A stretch of DNA of 64,000 nucleotides from Vicinamibacteria bacterium (lineage in GTDB: Bacteria; Acidobacteriota; Vicinamibacteria; Fen-336). A program made the position numbers and the translations under genes. The notes beneath the pieces are model-generated. The model made no database searches. It was not told the DNA's origin and was given only the letters and a program-made list of their open reading frames with translations. The stretch lies in NCBI GenBank assembly GCA_035577965.1, contig DATJYX010000081.1:11726-75725 (forward strand), written 5' to 3'. Below are positions 1 to 8,520 of the stretch, one piece after another (within the stretch, counting starts at the first letter, position 1; each line of letters opens with the position of its first letter).

Positions 1-2
1 TG

Positions 3-779
3 TCAAGGGGACGGGGACTCGGCCTCGAGAGTCGCCCGGAACGTCTCGACGTTGCGCATCCTGCGCTTCACGTAGTCCATCGTCCCGCGGTCCTGGCGGA
101 GGCGCAGGCGCGCCACGGCGCCGGAGGCGAGGACGACGTCGCTCTCGGCGATGACGACGTCGCGCCACGCGGGGGCGGTGGAGCTGCCGTCGTCGACCTG
201 GTAGGCGAGGCGGAGCCGGTGCGGGCCGGCGAGCGGCGCCGGCACGGTCAGCGGGAGGCGGATCTCGCCGGCCGCGAGCTCGGGCGGGGCGGCCGCGAAC
301 CCGTCGGCGGCGGTGACGAAGAGCCGCTCGGGCGAGAAAACGAAGGAGTTCACCACGGCCTTCGGCAGGTCCTCGGGGTCGAGGTTCACGTCGGCGTACG
401 TGGCGACCACCCGGCCGTCCAGGCGCATCTCGAGGCGGAGGCTCGGGTCGAGGGGCGCCGACTTCGGGTCCCACGCCTGCCAGAACGCGTTGCCGGTCAC
501 CGCGACCACGAGGCGCGCCGGCGGCGGTGGTGGCGGCGGCGTGGGGGCCGGGGCGGGCGCGACGTTCAGCACCTCCTCCCTCCCGTCGTCGCGGCGGATG
601 CGCTCCACCTTGTCGGCGGGGATGACGAGGACGCCGTAGGGCGTTTCCACCCGCACCCGCCGCGTGATCCGGCCGACCACCTTGCCCGTCACGCGGTCGC
701 CGTTCGTCAGGACGACGACGTCCGCGAGGAGCCGCGGCGCGGCGAGCAGCACGGCCAGCGCGGCGAGGGCGTGGCGCAT
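3..779 (-). CDS. Secreted hypothetical protein with Pro-rich linker
   Basis: Signal-peptide-like MRHALAALAVLLAAPRLLA followed by DVVVLTNGDRVTGKV; ATG at 779 overlaps the upstream stop (TGATG). Confidence 0.75.
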   Translation of the reverse strand: MRHALAALAVLLAAPRLLADVVVLTNGDRVTGKVVGRITRRVRVETPYGVLVIPADKVERIRRDDGREEVLNVAPAPAPTPPPPPPPARLVVAVTGNAFWQAWDPKSAPLDPSLRLEMRLDGRVVATYADVNLDPEDLPKAVVNSFVFSPERLFVTAADGFAAAPPELAAGEIRLPLTVPAPLAGPHRLRLAYQVDDGSSTAPAWRDVVIAESDVVLASGAVARLRLRQDRGTMDYVKRRMRNVETFRATLEAESPSP

Positions 780-2551
780 CAGCCCTTCCGGAAGAGCCGC
801 CCCAGGAGGCCGCCCCCGGCCTCGTCCGGGGGCGCTTCGGGGCCGGGAGCGTTCCGCGAGAGGTAGAGGGCCGCCTCCTCGTGATCCGGCTTCAGCTCGA
901 TCACCCGCCGGTAGGTGCTGAGGGCCCGCGCCTTCAACCCTCTCTCGGCGTAGATCGAGGCGAGGAGGGCCCAGGCGTCGACGGCCTGCGGGCTCTCGCG
1001 GGTGGCCGCGAGCAGCACCTCCTCCGCCTCCTTGACCCACTTGGGGTTCTTCGCCTTGCTGCGGGCCAGGAGGAGCTGGCCGCGAAGGCGGACCTTCCCC
1101 TGTGTCGCGGGGAGGGCCGGCTCGAGGAGCTGGATGGCCTCCCAGTACTTCTCCTGCTCCACGAGCTTGGCCGCCCTGCGGACCGCCTCCTCGGCGAGAC
1201 GCGCCTCCTCCGCAGGGTCGCGAGGGGGCTCGGGCGCGGCGGCCTGTGCGGGCGCCGCCGCCGCGGGCCCCGCCGCCGCACCCGGAGGCTCGGACGGCAC
1301 GCGACGCACGCGGCCCAGCCGCTCTTCGTAGTCGGCCCTCTTGCGCGGGTCGCGCAGCACGTCGTAGGCCTCGCCGAGGCGGATGAACACCGCCTCGAGC
1401 TTGTCCCGCAGGTCGCCGAGGGAGGCCCCGTGGTGGACGTCGGGGTGGAAGCGCTTGGCGAGGCGGAAGTAGGCCTCCTTGACCTCGGCCTCCCCGACCG
1501 AGCGCGCGAGCCCCAGGACCTCGAAGTGCGTGCGCGTCTTGAGCCCCTCCCAGGCCGCGAGGATCTCCTGGCGCCGCTCGGCGCCCTTCTCGTCGGCCGG
1601 ACCGGCGGGAGCGGCCGGCGTCGCCGCTGCGGCCGGAGGGGGGGGAGGGGCGGTCGGTGCGGCATGCGGCGGCGAGGAAGCCGGCCTCGTCGGCGCAGCC
1701 GGTCTCGGCGGCTCGTGCGCCGGCGGAGGAGAGACGGGCCGCGGCGGCTCAGGCGCCGGTGGCGAGGGGTGGGCTCCGGCCGGTGGCGTCGGCGGCACGG
1801 GCGCGGACGACGTGGCGCCGGCCGGCGCGGCCGCGGTGCGCGGGCGCCGGGCCTCCGTGAACTGGACGACTCCCGTCGACATCAGGCCGAGCAGGCAGCG
1901 CTGCGTCTTCTCGGACGCCAGCGGGATCATCTGCACGACCTCCCGCGCGCTCGCCACCCCGTCGATGCGCGACAGCACGAACCCGTCCTCCGGCGACAGG
2001 GTGAGCTTCTGGAAGCGGAGCAACGGGTCGGAGGAGAGGGCGAGGACCCGGTCGATGTCGCCGAGGGAGTAGCGGACCACGTCCGGATCGCGGATCGCCC
2101 GCACCGCCTCCAGGATGAGGTCGCCCGTGGAGAGCTTGAGGGTGAGCTCGCTCGGCCCGGCGTCGGGCTCCTCCGCGAACGCGTAGGTGCCGTCGGGCCA
2201 GGTGAACATCTTCGACAGCATCTCGTGGACGTGCAGCGCAACCGCGTCCTCGAGGCCGCTCGCGTCCAGGAGGCCCAGCTCGGCCAGCACCTCTCCGAGC
2301 CGTCTCTTGTCGCGGACCACGATGGCCGTCGCGCGCTCGAGGTCGGCGGCGGTGAGGAGCTGCCGCCGCACCAGCATCTCCCCGAGCCGCTCCTCCACGA
2401 CGTTCGTGTGGGCGTTCACGATGTGGCCGTGGCGGAAGCGCAGGCTCTGCCGCTCCGGTCCGCGGACGAGCGTGAGGTTGCCGGTCCGCCGACCGACGTA
2501 GATCTCGCGGAGGAGGCCGGGGACGACTCCTTCGGCGAGGTCGCCCTTCAT
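779..2551 (-). CDS. DUF4388 - Pro-rich linker - DnaJ domain - TPR protein
   Basis: N-terminal MKGDLAEG...TG.L.L...F..G.I pattern (DUF4388); J-domain HFEVLGL...AYFRLAKRFHPD with intact HPD; C-terminal TPR-like helices. Confidence 0.85.
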   Translation of the reverse strand: MKGDLAEGVVPGLLREIYVGRRTGNLTLVRGPERQSLRFRHGHIVNAHTNVVEERLGEMLVRRQLLTAADLERATAIVVRDKRRLGEVLAELGLLDASGLEDAVALHVHEMLSKMFTWPDGTYAFAEEPDAGPSELTLKLSTGDLILEAVRAIRDPDVVRYSLGDIDRVLALSSDPLLRFQKLTLSPEDGFVLSRIDGVASAREVVQMIPLASEKTQRCLLGLMSTGVVQFTEARRPRTAAAPAGATSSAPVPPTPPAGAHPSPPAPEPPRPVSPPPAHEPPRPAAPTRPASSPPHAAPTAPPPPPAAAATPAAPAGPADEKGAERRQEILAAWEGLKTRTHFEVLGLARSVGEAEVKEAYFRLAKRFHPDVHHGASLGDLRDKLEAVFIRLGEAYDVLRDPRKRADYEERLGRVRRVPSEPPGAAAGPAAAAPAQAAAPEPPRDPAEEARLAEEAVRRAAKLVEQEKYWEAIQLLEPALPATQGKVRLRGQLLLARSKAKNPKWVKEAEEVLLAATRESPQAVDAWALLASIYAERGLKARALSTYRRVIELKPDHEEAALYLSRNAPGPEAPPDEAGGGLLGRLFRKG

Positions 2552-2577
2552 GCCGGGGTGCCGCGGACCCGCACGCT

Positions 2578-3615
2578 CTAGCGTTTCCGGGTCGGGGCGG
2601 CCGCGAGGTCCTGCGGGTTCAGCGAGTGGACGAGCGGCAGGTCCTTCACGGTGAGCAGGCCGGCCGGGGCGGCGAGCACCTTCGGGAGGCTGTTCAGGAG
2701 CACGGCCGCGGCGGCCATGTCGCCGTTGACGCCCCCCGCGATCGTGGCGTCCACCGGGGGGTCGCCGTCCACGAGGACGTGGTCGCGGGGGGACTCCGCC
2801 CCGACGTAGACCTGCAGGTCGAGGCTGATCGCGAGCTCGCCCTCGCGGTAGGCGCGCACCCCCTGCTTGATGCCGGCCGCGGCGCCGGCCGGGATGCGCA
2901 GGTACTCGGTGTCGAGGTCGCGGGGGGCGATCGCGGGCTCGAGGGTCTCGTCCACGCGGTCGAGCTTCCAGCCGAGGGCGTCCGCGATCATGTGCGCCGA
3001 CTCGACGAGCCCCACGTGCCGCACCGCGCCCTCGGTGACCGCGCGGCGGAACTGCCCGAGGTTGAGCCCCGCCCCGACGCGCCGCTGGAGGGGCAGCTTG
3101 CGCGCCGCCGCGTCCACCACGCGGCTCACCGACACCCTCCGCACCCGGGCGCAGGGCGCGGTGAGGGTCAGGGCCAGAGCGTCCATGGCGAAGCCGGGGT
3201 TCACCCCCGTCGCGAGCACCGACACCTTCTTCTTCCGGGCGAGACGATCCAGCTCCTTGAAGCCGGCGGCGTGGGACGGCACCGGCCAGGCCAGCTCCTC
3301 GCAGGTGGTGAGGACGTTGATCCGCCGGGCCACGAGGGCGGCGATCTGCGGCTTCACCTCCTTGAGCAGGGACGACGTGCACACGAAGGCGACGTCGGCC
3401 CGCACCCTCTTGAAGAACCGGTCCGGGTTCCCCTCCACCTTGACCTTCAGCTTCCGCGGGAGGCCGAGGACGGTGCCCACGTCCTTGCCCGCGTGGAGGG
3501 GCGAAGGGTCGACGGCCGCCACCAGCTTCAGGGCCGGCGTCTGAAGCACGGCGCGCGCGACCGACTGGCCGACCGGCCCCAGCCCGGCGATCGCGACCTT
3601 CAGCGTCCGAGCCAT
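2578..3615 (-). CDS. NAD(P)-dependent amine dehydrogenase / 2,4-diaminopentanoate dehydrogenase (Ord)-like, DapB-fold family, paralog 1
   Basis: GLGPVG Rossmann motif, TTCEEL, GVNPGFAMD, GGVNGD. Confidence 0.8.
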   Translation of the reverse strand: MARTLKVAIAGLGPVGQSVARAVLQTPALKLVAAVDPSPLHAGKDVGTVLGLPRKLKVKVEGNPDRFFKRVRADVAFVCTSSLLKEVKPQIAALVARRINVLTTCEELAWPVPSHAAGFKELDRLARKKKVSVLATGVNPGFAMDALALTLTAPCARVRRVSVSRVVDAAARKLPLQRRVGAGLNLGQFRRAVTEGAVRHVGLVESAHMIADALGWKLDRVDETLEPAIAPRDLDTEYLRIPAGAAAGIKQGVRAYREGELAISLDLQVYVGAESPRDHVLVDGDPPVDATIAGGVNGDMAAAAVLLNSLPKVLAAPAGLLTVKDLPLVHSLNPQDLAAAPTRKR

Positions 3616-3630
3616 GCCCGCGCCCGCCGC

Positions 3631-3861
3631 CTAGCGCTCCACCTCGATCGACGAGACCTCGGCCTCCGGCCGCGTGGCGATGATCGCGGTCGCGGCGATG
3701 GGCAGGAGGGTCGTGTAGCTGCCGCCCTGGAGGGCCAACGTGACCTCGTAGTAGCCCTCGGGCGAGACGCGCACGAGGCGGCCGTTCGCGGCCTTGGTGC
3801 CCCCGAGCAGGTTCGCCAGGAGGTCGCTGCTGATCTTGACCGTCGCCTCGCGCTCGATCAT
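3631..3861 (-). CDS. Small hypothetical protein (76 aa)
   Basis: MIEREATVKISSDLL...IEVER starts 2 nt after the lat stop and fills the gap between lat and the Ord-like gene; GC-rich third codon positions. Confidence 0.75.
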   Translation of the reverse strand: MIEREATVKISSDLLANLLGGTKAANGRLVRVSPEGYYEVTLALQGGSYTTLLPIAATAIIATRPEAEVSSIEVER

Positions 3862-3863
3862 CG

Positions 3864-5201
3864 CTACAACTCCTTCAGGCTCTTGCGCACGATCTCCAGG
3901 GCGGCGTCCGCCTCGGCGGGGGCGAGGTCGAGGGGCGGGCGGAAGCGGATCGACCGCGTCCCGCACGCGAGCAGCAGGAGGCCGTTCGCGAGCAGGAGGT
4001 CCTGCGCCTTGTCGCGCCGCTCCGGCGTGTCGAGGTCGAAGGCGATCATCAGCCCCCGGCCCCGGGCGTTCGTCATGACCCCGCCGAGCTCCGCCTCGAC
4101 CCCGCGCAGCCCGTCGAGGAGCCAGTCCCCGACGACGCGGGCGTTCTCGACGAGCCGGTCCTCGTGGATCACCTCGAGGTAGCGAGCGGCCCGGACCATG
4201 TCGGTGAGCCCGCCGCCCCACGTGGAGTTGATGCGCGAGGACACCTTGAAGACGTTCTCCGGCTCCTCGTCGACCCGCGGGCCGACCATGCAGCCGCAGA
4301 CCTGCATCTTCTTGCCGAAGGCGACCGCGTCCGGCTCGAGGCCGAAGTGCTCGTGGGCCCACATCTTCCCGGTGAGGCCGACCCCCGTCTGCACCTCGTC
4401 GACGATGAAGAAGGCGTCGTGCTCCCGCGCCTTGCGCTGCAGGGCCTGCAGGAAGGGCGCGCGGAAGTGGACGTCGCCGCCCTCGGCCTGGATGGGCTCG
4501 ATGATGACGGCCGCCACGTCGTCCGGGTTGTCGGCGAAGGCCCGGTCGATCTGGTCGAGCGCCCGCTCCTCGGCCGCCGCCACGTCCCTCTCCACCTCGG
4601 GCGTCACGGGGAAGCGCAGGCCGGGGTTGTCGATCCTCGGCCACTTGAACTTCGGGAAGAGGTCGGTCTTCTTCGGGTCGGTGTTGGTGAGCGAGAGCGT
4701 GTAGCCCGAGCGCCCGTGGAAGGCCCGCCTGAAGTGGATGACCTGCTGCCCCTTCTCGCCGGGGATGCCCTTCGCCCGGTTCCGGCGCACCTTCCAGTCG
4801 AAGGCGGTCTTGAGCGCGTTCTCGACACCCAGCGCTCCCCCTTCGATGAAGAAGGCGTAGCGCATGTGCGCAGGCATGGCGAGGCGGCCGAACACGTCCA
4901 CGAACCACGCGTACTCGACGCTGTAGAGGTCCGACAGGGAGGGCTTGAGCAGCGCCACGCGGTGGAGGACCTTCAGGAACTCGGGGTCCTTCATCTTCGG
5001 GTGGTTGTGGCCGACGGGGTTCGAGCCGAAGAAGGAGCAGAAGTCGAGGAGGTCGCGCCCGGCGCGGGCGTCGTGGAGCCAGGCGCCGTGGCTCTTCTCG
5101 ATGTCGAAAACGATGTCGAAGCCGTCGGCGAGAGTGTGCCGGGCGAGGACCTCGTGGACCTCGGCCGGGGAAGGGGACTTGTAGGTCGTCGCTAGGGTCA
5201 T
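3864..5201 (-). CDS. lat: L-lysine 6-transaminase (class III PLP aminotransferase)
   Basis: FIEGGALGVENALKTAFDWK, AFHGRSGYTLSLTNT, EPIQAEGGD, DEVQTG, FGKK (PLP Lys), INSTWGG. Confidence 0.92.
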   Translation of the reverse strand: MTLATTYKSPSPAEVHEVLARHTLADGFDIVFDIEKSHGAWLHDARAGRDLLDFCSFFGSNPVGHNHPKMKDPEFLKVLHRVALLKPSLSDLYSVEYAWFVDVFGRLAMPAHMRYAFFIEGGALGVENALKTAFDWKVRRNRAKGIPGEKGQQVIHFRRAFHGRSGYTLSLTNTDPKKTDLFPKFKWPRIDNPGLRFPVTPEVERDVAAAEERALDQIDRAFADNPDDVAAVIIEPIQAEGGDVHFRAPFLQALQRKAREHDAFFIVDEVQTGVGLTGKMWAHEHFGLEPDAVAFGKKMQVCGCMVGPRVDEEPENVFKVSSRINSTWGGGLTDMVRAARYLEVIHEDRLVENARVVGDWLLDGLRGVEAELGGVMTNARGRGLMIAFDLDTPERRDKAQDLLLANGLLLLACGTRSIRFRPPLDLAPAEADAALEIVRKSLKEL

Positions 5202-5366
5202 CGTGGAGCTCCTTTGGGGTAGGCCATGGCCAGGATGGGCGGTCGTGAGGCTCCGCCCTAGGTCATTCCCCGGTCGTATTGCGACAAGAGCTCTCGATTC
5301 AGTGCTTTAGCCACGACAGACCTGCTTGGACGCGGAGTGCCCGTCCCAGGTTTGTCCAATGCTAGC
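5202..5366 (-). promoter_or_regulatory. Extended -10 promoter (TGcTAGCAT) and ~150-nt structured 5' leader of lat
   Basis: Reverse strand reads TGCTAGCAT near 5358-5366, then several hairpins and an AAAGGAG SD before the lat ATG. Confidence 0.45.
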
Positions 5367-5421
5367 ACAGGTTTAGGGCGGGAGGCGGGTCCCGCCGCGG
5401 CGGTATAATCGCGCTCCCTTC

Positions 5422-6411
5422 ATGGACGAGCCCATCGATCCCGGCTTCCTGCGCTCCTCCGAGCTCTTCGAGAACCAGCCGCCGGAGGTCGTTCGAGCGG
5501 TGCTCGCCCAGGGGCAGCTCCTCGAGTTCGGCCCCGGCGACGTCGTCTTCCGGCAGGGGGACCAGGGGGACCGGCTCTTCGTGGTGAAGAGCGGCGTCCT
5601 CGAGGTCGTGACCGTTCCCTCCGACGGCTCGGACCCGGTCGTGGTCGCCTACCTGGGCACCGGGGAGGTGATCGGGGAGCTCGCCCTCCTCACCGGCTCG
5701 CCGCGGAGCGCCACCGTTCGCTCACCGGAGCACGCCGAGCTCTTCGCGGTGGAGAAGCCCGTCTTCCTCGACCTCATGGACGTCCTGCCCGCCTTCGCCC
5801 GCAACCTGTCGGTCGTGCTGGCGAAGCGGCTGGAGACGACCACTCTCAAGGTGCCGCGCGCCTCGGGGAAGCAGCTCCAGGGCAACCTCCGGTTCTTCGA
5901 CCTCGCCACCGTCATCCAGACCCTCATCGGCTCCCACCAGACGGGGGCTCTCGTCGTGAGCCAGGACAAGCACCGGCTCGCCGAGATCTTCTTCCTCCGG
6001 GGGAACATCGCCCGCGCGCGATACCGGCAGCTGGTCGGGGACGACGCGGTCTTCCAGCTCTTCCAGAGCCCGGTCGAGGGCGAGTTCTCCTTCACCGGGC
6101 GGGAGGTGCGGGAGGACGAGGTGCAGACCGAGATCTCGATGCCCGCGATCTCCCTGCTCATGGAGTCCGTCCGGCTCCAGGACGAGCTGCCCGTGCTCCA
6201 GGAGCGGATCGGCGATCCGCGGAGGGTCTTCCGCCAGAAGACCGCGCAGCTCGCGTGGGAGGACCCCGACACGATCGAGCTGGCGGCGGCGGTCTGGTCG
6301 CGGCTCAAGAAGGGGGCGAGCGTCGAGGACCTGCAGCGAGAGGTGGCGCGCTCCTCGTACGCGATCTACCGCACCCTCGTGACGCTGCTGGACGGGGGGC
6401 AGATCGGCTGA
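5422..6411 (+). CDS. Cyclic-nucleotide-binding domain + DUF4388 protein
   Basis: cNMP motifs VFRQGDQGDRLFVVKSG and GEVIGELALLTGSPRSATV; LQGNL..FDLATVIQ DUF4388 start; TATAAT at 5404-5409. Confidence 0.88.
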   Translation: MDEPIDPGFLRSSELFENQPPEVVRAVLAQGQLLEFGPGDVVFRQGDQGDRLFVVKSGVLEVVTVPSDGSDPVVVAYLGTGEVIGELALLTGSPRSATVRSPEHAELFAVEKPVFLDLMDVLPAFARNLSVVLAKRLETTTLKVPRASGKQLQGNLRFFDLATVIQTLIGSHQTGALVVSQDKHRLAEIFFLRGNIARARYRQLVGDDAVFQLFQSPVEGEFSFTGREVREDEVQTEISMPAISLLMESVRLQDELPVLQERIGDPRRVFRQKTAQLAWEDPDTIELAAAVWSRLKKGASVEDLQREVARSSYAIYRTLVTLLDGGQIG

Positions 6412-6581
6412 TGCACCGGAGCGAGCCGACACGCCGCGCTTCGCGGCGTAGGGGGAGGCTCGCGAGGGATCTAGGCCAACGCGTGACCGCTCGGTGAGAC
6501 CCCCCTTCGAGGTACTCTTTCCGCCGGCTCAGATTCTTCGGGTGCCTCCCGGCGGCCGGGACATCTTCCTCGTCGGCACCC

Positions 6582-7085
6582 TCAGATGCGGGTCGCCTCC
6601 CTGATCTGCTGCCGGAGCTTCGCCCCCTCGCCGCGCGCCTCCTCGATCTCCTTCGAGAGCCGCGTGATCGCGCTTCGCTTGGCGAGGAACGACCAGTTGG
6701 CCGCCTCGAGCAGGAGCCCGGAGACGAGAGCGATCGCCACGGCGTTCACGAGCAGGCTGGTCGAGAGCGGGGCGCCCCTCATCCCCACCTGGTAGACGAG
6801 GAAGATGACCCCGATGCCGATGCCGTTCGCGCCGATGCCGAAGCTCGCCCGGGCGTGGGCGAGCTCGGCCTCGAGGCGGTCGACGAGCTGCTGGTTCTGG
6901 CCGAGCGCGTCGCGGAGCGGCGCCACGTCCGCCAGCACGAGGCGGAGGCGGTCCCCTCGGACGACCTTGTGCTTCGTCCCGCACGCGCCGCACTTGATGT
7001 GGTCGCCGTGGGCGTAGCTGTCGGGGACGGAGACCTCCTCCCGACAGTGCGTGCAGCGGGCCTTCTGGGATCCGGTCTCGTTCAT
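6582..7085 (-). CDS. Zinc-ribbon membrane protein (CxxC...CxxC, coiled coil, 2 TM, coiled coil)
   Basis: CTHC and CGAC pairs; two hydrophobic segments GIGIGVIFLVY and VAIALVSGLLL. Confidence 0.8.
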   Translation of the reverse strand: MNETGSQKARCTHCREEVSVPDSYAHGDHIKCGACGTKHKVVRGDRLRLVLADVAPLRDALGQNQQLVDRLEAELAHARASFGIGANGIGIGVIFLVYQVGMRGAPLSTSLLVNAVAIALVSGLLLEAANWSFLAKRSAITRLSKEIEEARGEGAKLRQQIREATRI

Positions 7086-7170
7086 CCCGAATCCCCCGGC
7101 CTCGGCCGGGGCCTCCCGGCAAGACTAGCAGAGCCGCGCATCCGCGGACAAGAAGTGCGAGACTTGGGCC

Positions 7171-7608
7171 GTGCCGCCGACGGTCTCCTGCCCCCGCTGC
7201 GGGGCCGCGAACCGGGTGAGCGCGGAGCGCCTCCGGCGCGGCGCACAGGCGGTCTGCGGCCGGTGCCGGGCGCCGCTCCCCGCGCCCTCGGAGGTGCTCG
7301 AGGTCAGCGACCGGCACTTCGACGAGCAGGTGCTCTCCTCGCCCCTCCCCGTGCTCCTCGACGTGTGGGCGCCCTGGTGCGTGCCCTGCCGGGGGATGGA
7401 GTCCGTGATCGAGGAGCTCGCGTCGTCCCTCGCCGGCCGCGTCCGCGTGGCGAAGCTCAACATCGACCGGAGCCCCGAGGCGATGGGGCGCCTCCGCATC
7501 CAGGGCGTGCCCACGTTCATCGTCTTCAAGGACGGGCACGAGGTCTCGCGGATGGTGGGCTCCCGGGGCAGGGCCGATCTCCTGCGGGTCCTCGCCGGCG
7601 TGGCATGA
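7171..7608 (+). CDS. trxC: Thioredoxin 2 (TrxC-type) with N-terminal zinc finger
   Basis: CPRC...CGRC zinc site; active site WAPWCVPC; cis-Pro motif IQGVPT. Confidence 0.85.
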   Translation: MPPTVSCPRCGAANRVSAERLRRGAQAVCGRCRAPLPAPSEVLEVSDRHFDEQVLSSPLPVLLDVWAPWCVPCRGMESVIEELASSLAGRVRVAKLNIDRSPEAMGRLRIQGVPTFIVFKDGHEVSRMVGSRGRADLLRVLAGVA

Positions 7609-8468
7609 GCGCCGTCGAGAGGACCGAAGCCGAGCTCGTCGCGGCCGCCCGCTCCGGCAGCGGCGAGGCGCTCGAGTCCCTGCTGAAGCGGCACGAGGCC
7701 CGCCTCTACCGCTTCGCGCGGCGCCTGTGCCGCCACCGCGAGGACGCGGAGGACGTCCTGCAGGAGTCGCTCCTCGCCGCCGCCCGCGGGCTCCGCTCCT
7801 TCCGGGGCGCCTCGTCGGTCAGCACGTGGCTGTACGCCATCGCCCGCAGCTTCTGCATCAAGAAGAGGCGGCGCCGCGTCTTCGCCCCGGCCGAGGTCTC
7901 GCTGGACACCGACGCGTCGCTCGCCGCCCGCGGAGTGCCCGACCCCGCCCCGCCCCCGGACGAGGCCCTCGAGGCCTCCCGCCTCGAAGCGGCCCTCGAG
8001 CGGGCGATCGCCGGCCTCGACCGCCCGTACCGGGAGGTGCTCCTGCTGCGCGACGTCGAGGGCCTCTCCTCGGCCGAGGTCGCGCGGGTGACCGGCCTCA
8101 GCGTCCCCGCCGTCAAGACCCGCCTCCACCGCGCGCGCCGCCGGCTCCGCGAGACTCTCGCTCCGCTCGTGGCGCCTCGGGGCGCCGCGCTGGCCGGGGA
8201 CAGCCGGTCGTGCCCCGACATCGTGCGGCTCTTCTCCCGCCACCTCGAAGGGGACATCTCGGCCCGGACCTGCGCCCGGATGGAGGAGCACCTCGCTGGC
8301 TGCGCGCCGTGCCGGGCCTCCTGCGACGGACTCAAGGAGGTGCTCCGGATGTGCCGGACGGCGCCCGAGCCCGCGGTCCCCGCCGGGCTGCAGGAGAAGG
8401 TGCGCGGCGCCGTCCACGGGCTCCTCGCCGAGGGCCGCGCCCGCGGCAAGGCGCGTCGATCGTCTTGA
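7605..8468 (+). CDS. ECF sigma-70 factor with fused C-terminal anti-sigma zinc finger (zf-HC2/ZAS)
   Basis: Region 2 DAEDVLQE...STWLYAIARS; region 4 VKTRLHRARRRLRE; C-terminal HLAGCAPC (HxxxCxxC); ATGA overlap with the trxC stop. Confidence 0.88.
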   Translation: MSAVERTEAELVAAARSGSGEALESLLKRHEARLYRFARRLCRHREDAEDVLQESLLAAARGLRSFRGASSVSTWLYAIARSFCIKKRRRRVFAPAEVSLDTDASLAARGVPDPAPPPDEALEASRLEAALERAIAGLDRPYREVLLLRDVEGLSSAEVARVTGLSVPAVKTRLHRARRRLRETLAPLVAPRGAALAGDSRSCPDIVRLFSRHLEGDISARTCARMEEHLAGCAPCRASCDGLKEVLRMCRTAPEPAVPAGLQEKVRGAVHGLLAEGRARGKARRSS

Positions 8469-8493
8469 CCGGCCGCCGGGCGGCCGCTACCCT
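8465..8493 (+). promoter_or_regulatory. sigma70-type promoter
   Basis: TTGACC-17nt-TACCCT upstream of the SBP gene. Confidence 0.55.
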
Positions 8494-8520
8494 GTCGCCG
8501 AAACGTCGCGAGGGTGTCAT

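Noticed and set aside
1560-1850. Pro/Ala-rich low-complexity tracts (also near 10750-10950 and 25080-25240) as DNA repeats
   Set aside because: These are protein linkers with no regular nucleotide repeat unit.
5202-5400. Lysine (L-box) or c-di-GMP riboswitch in the lat leader
   Set aside because: It lacks the AGAGG(U)GC start and kink-turn/loop-E motifs of the L-box. The GCACAGG and GGCUAAAGC fragments do not build a GEMM P1-P3.
6582-7085. LysW amino-group carrier protein near lat
   Set aside because: The zinc ribbon is similar, but there is no acidic EDWGE C-terminus; the protein continues into TM helices.
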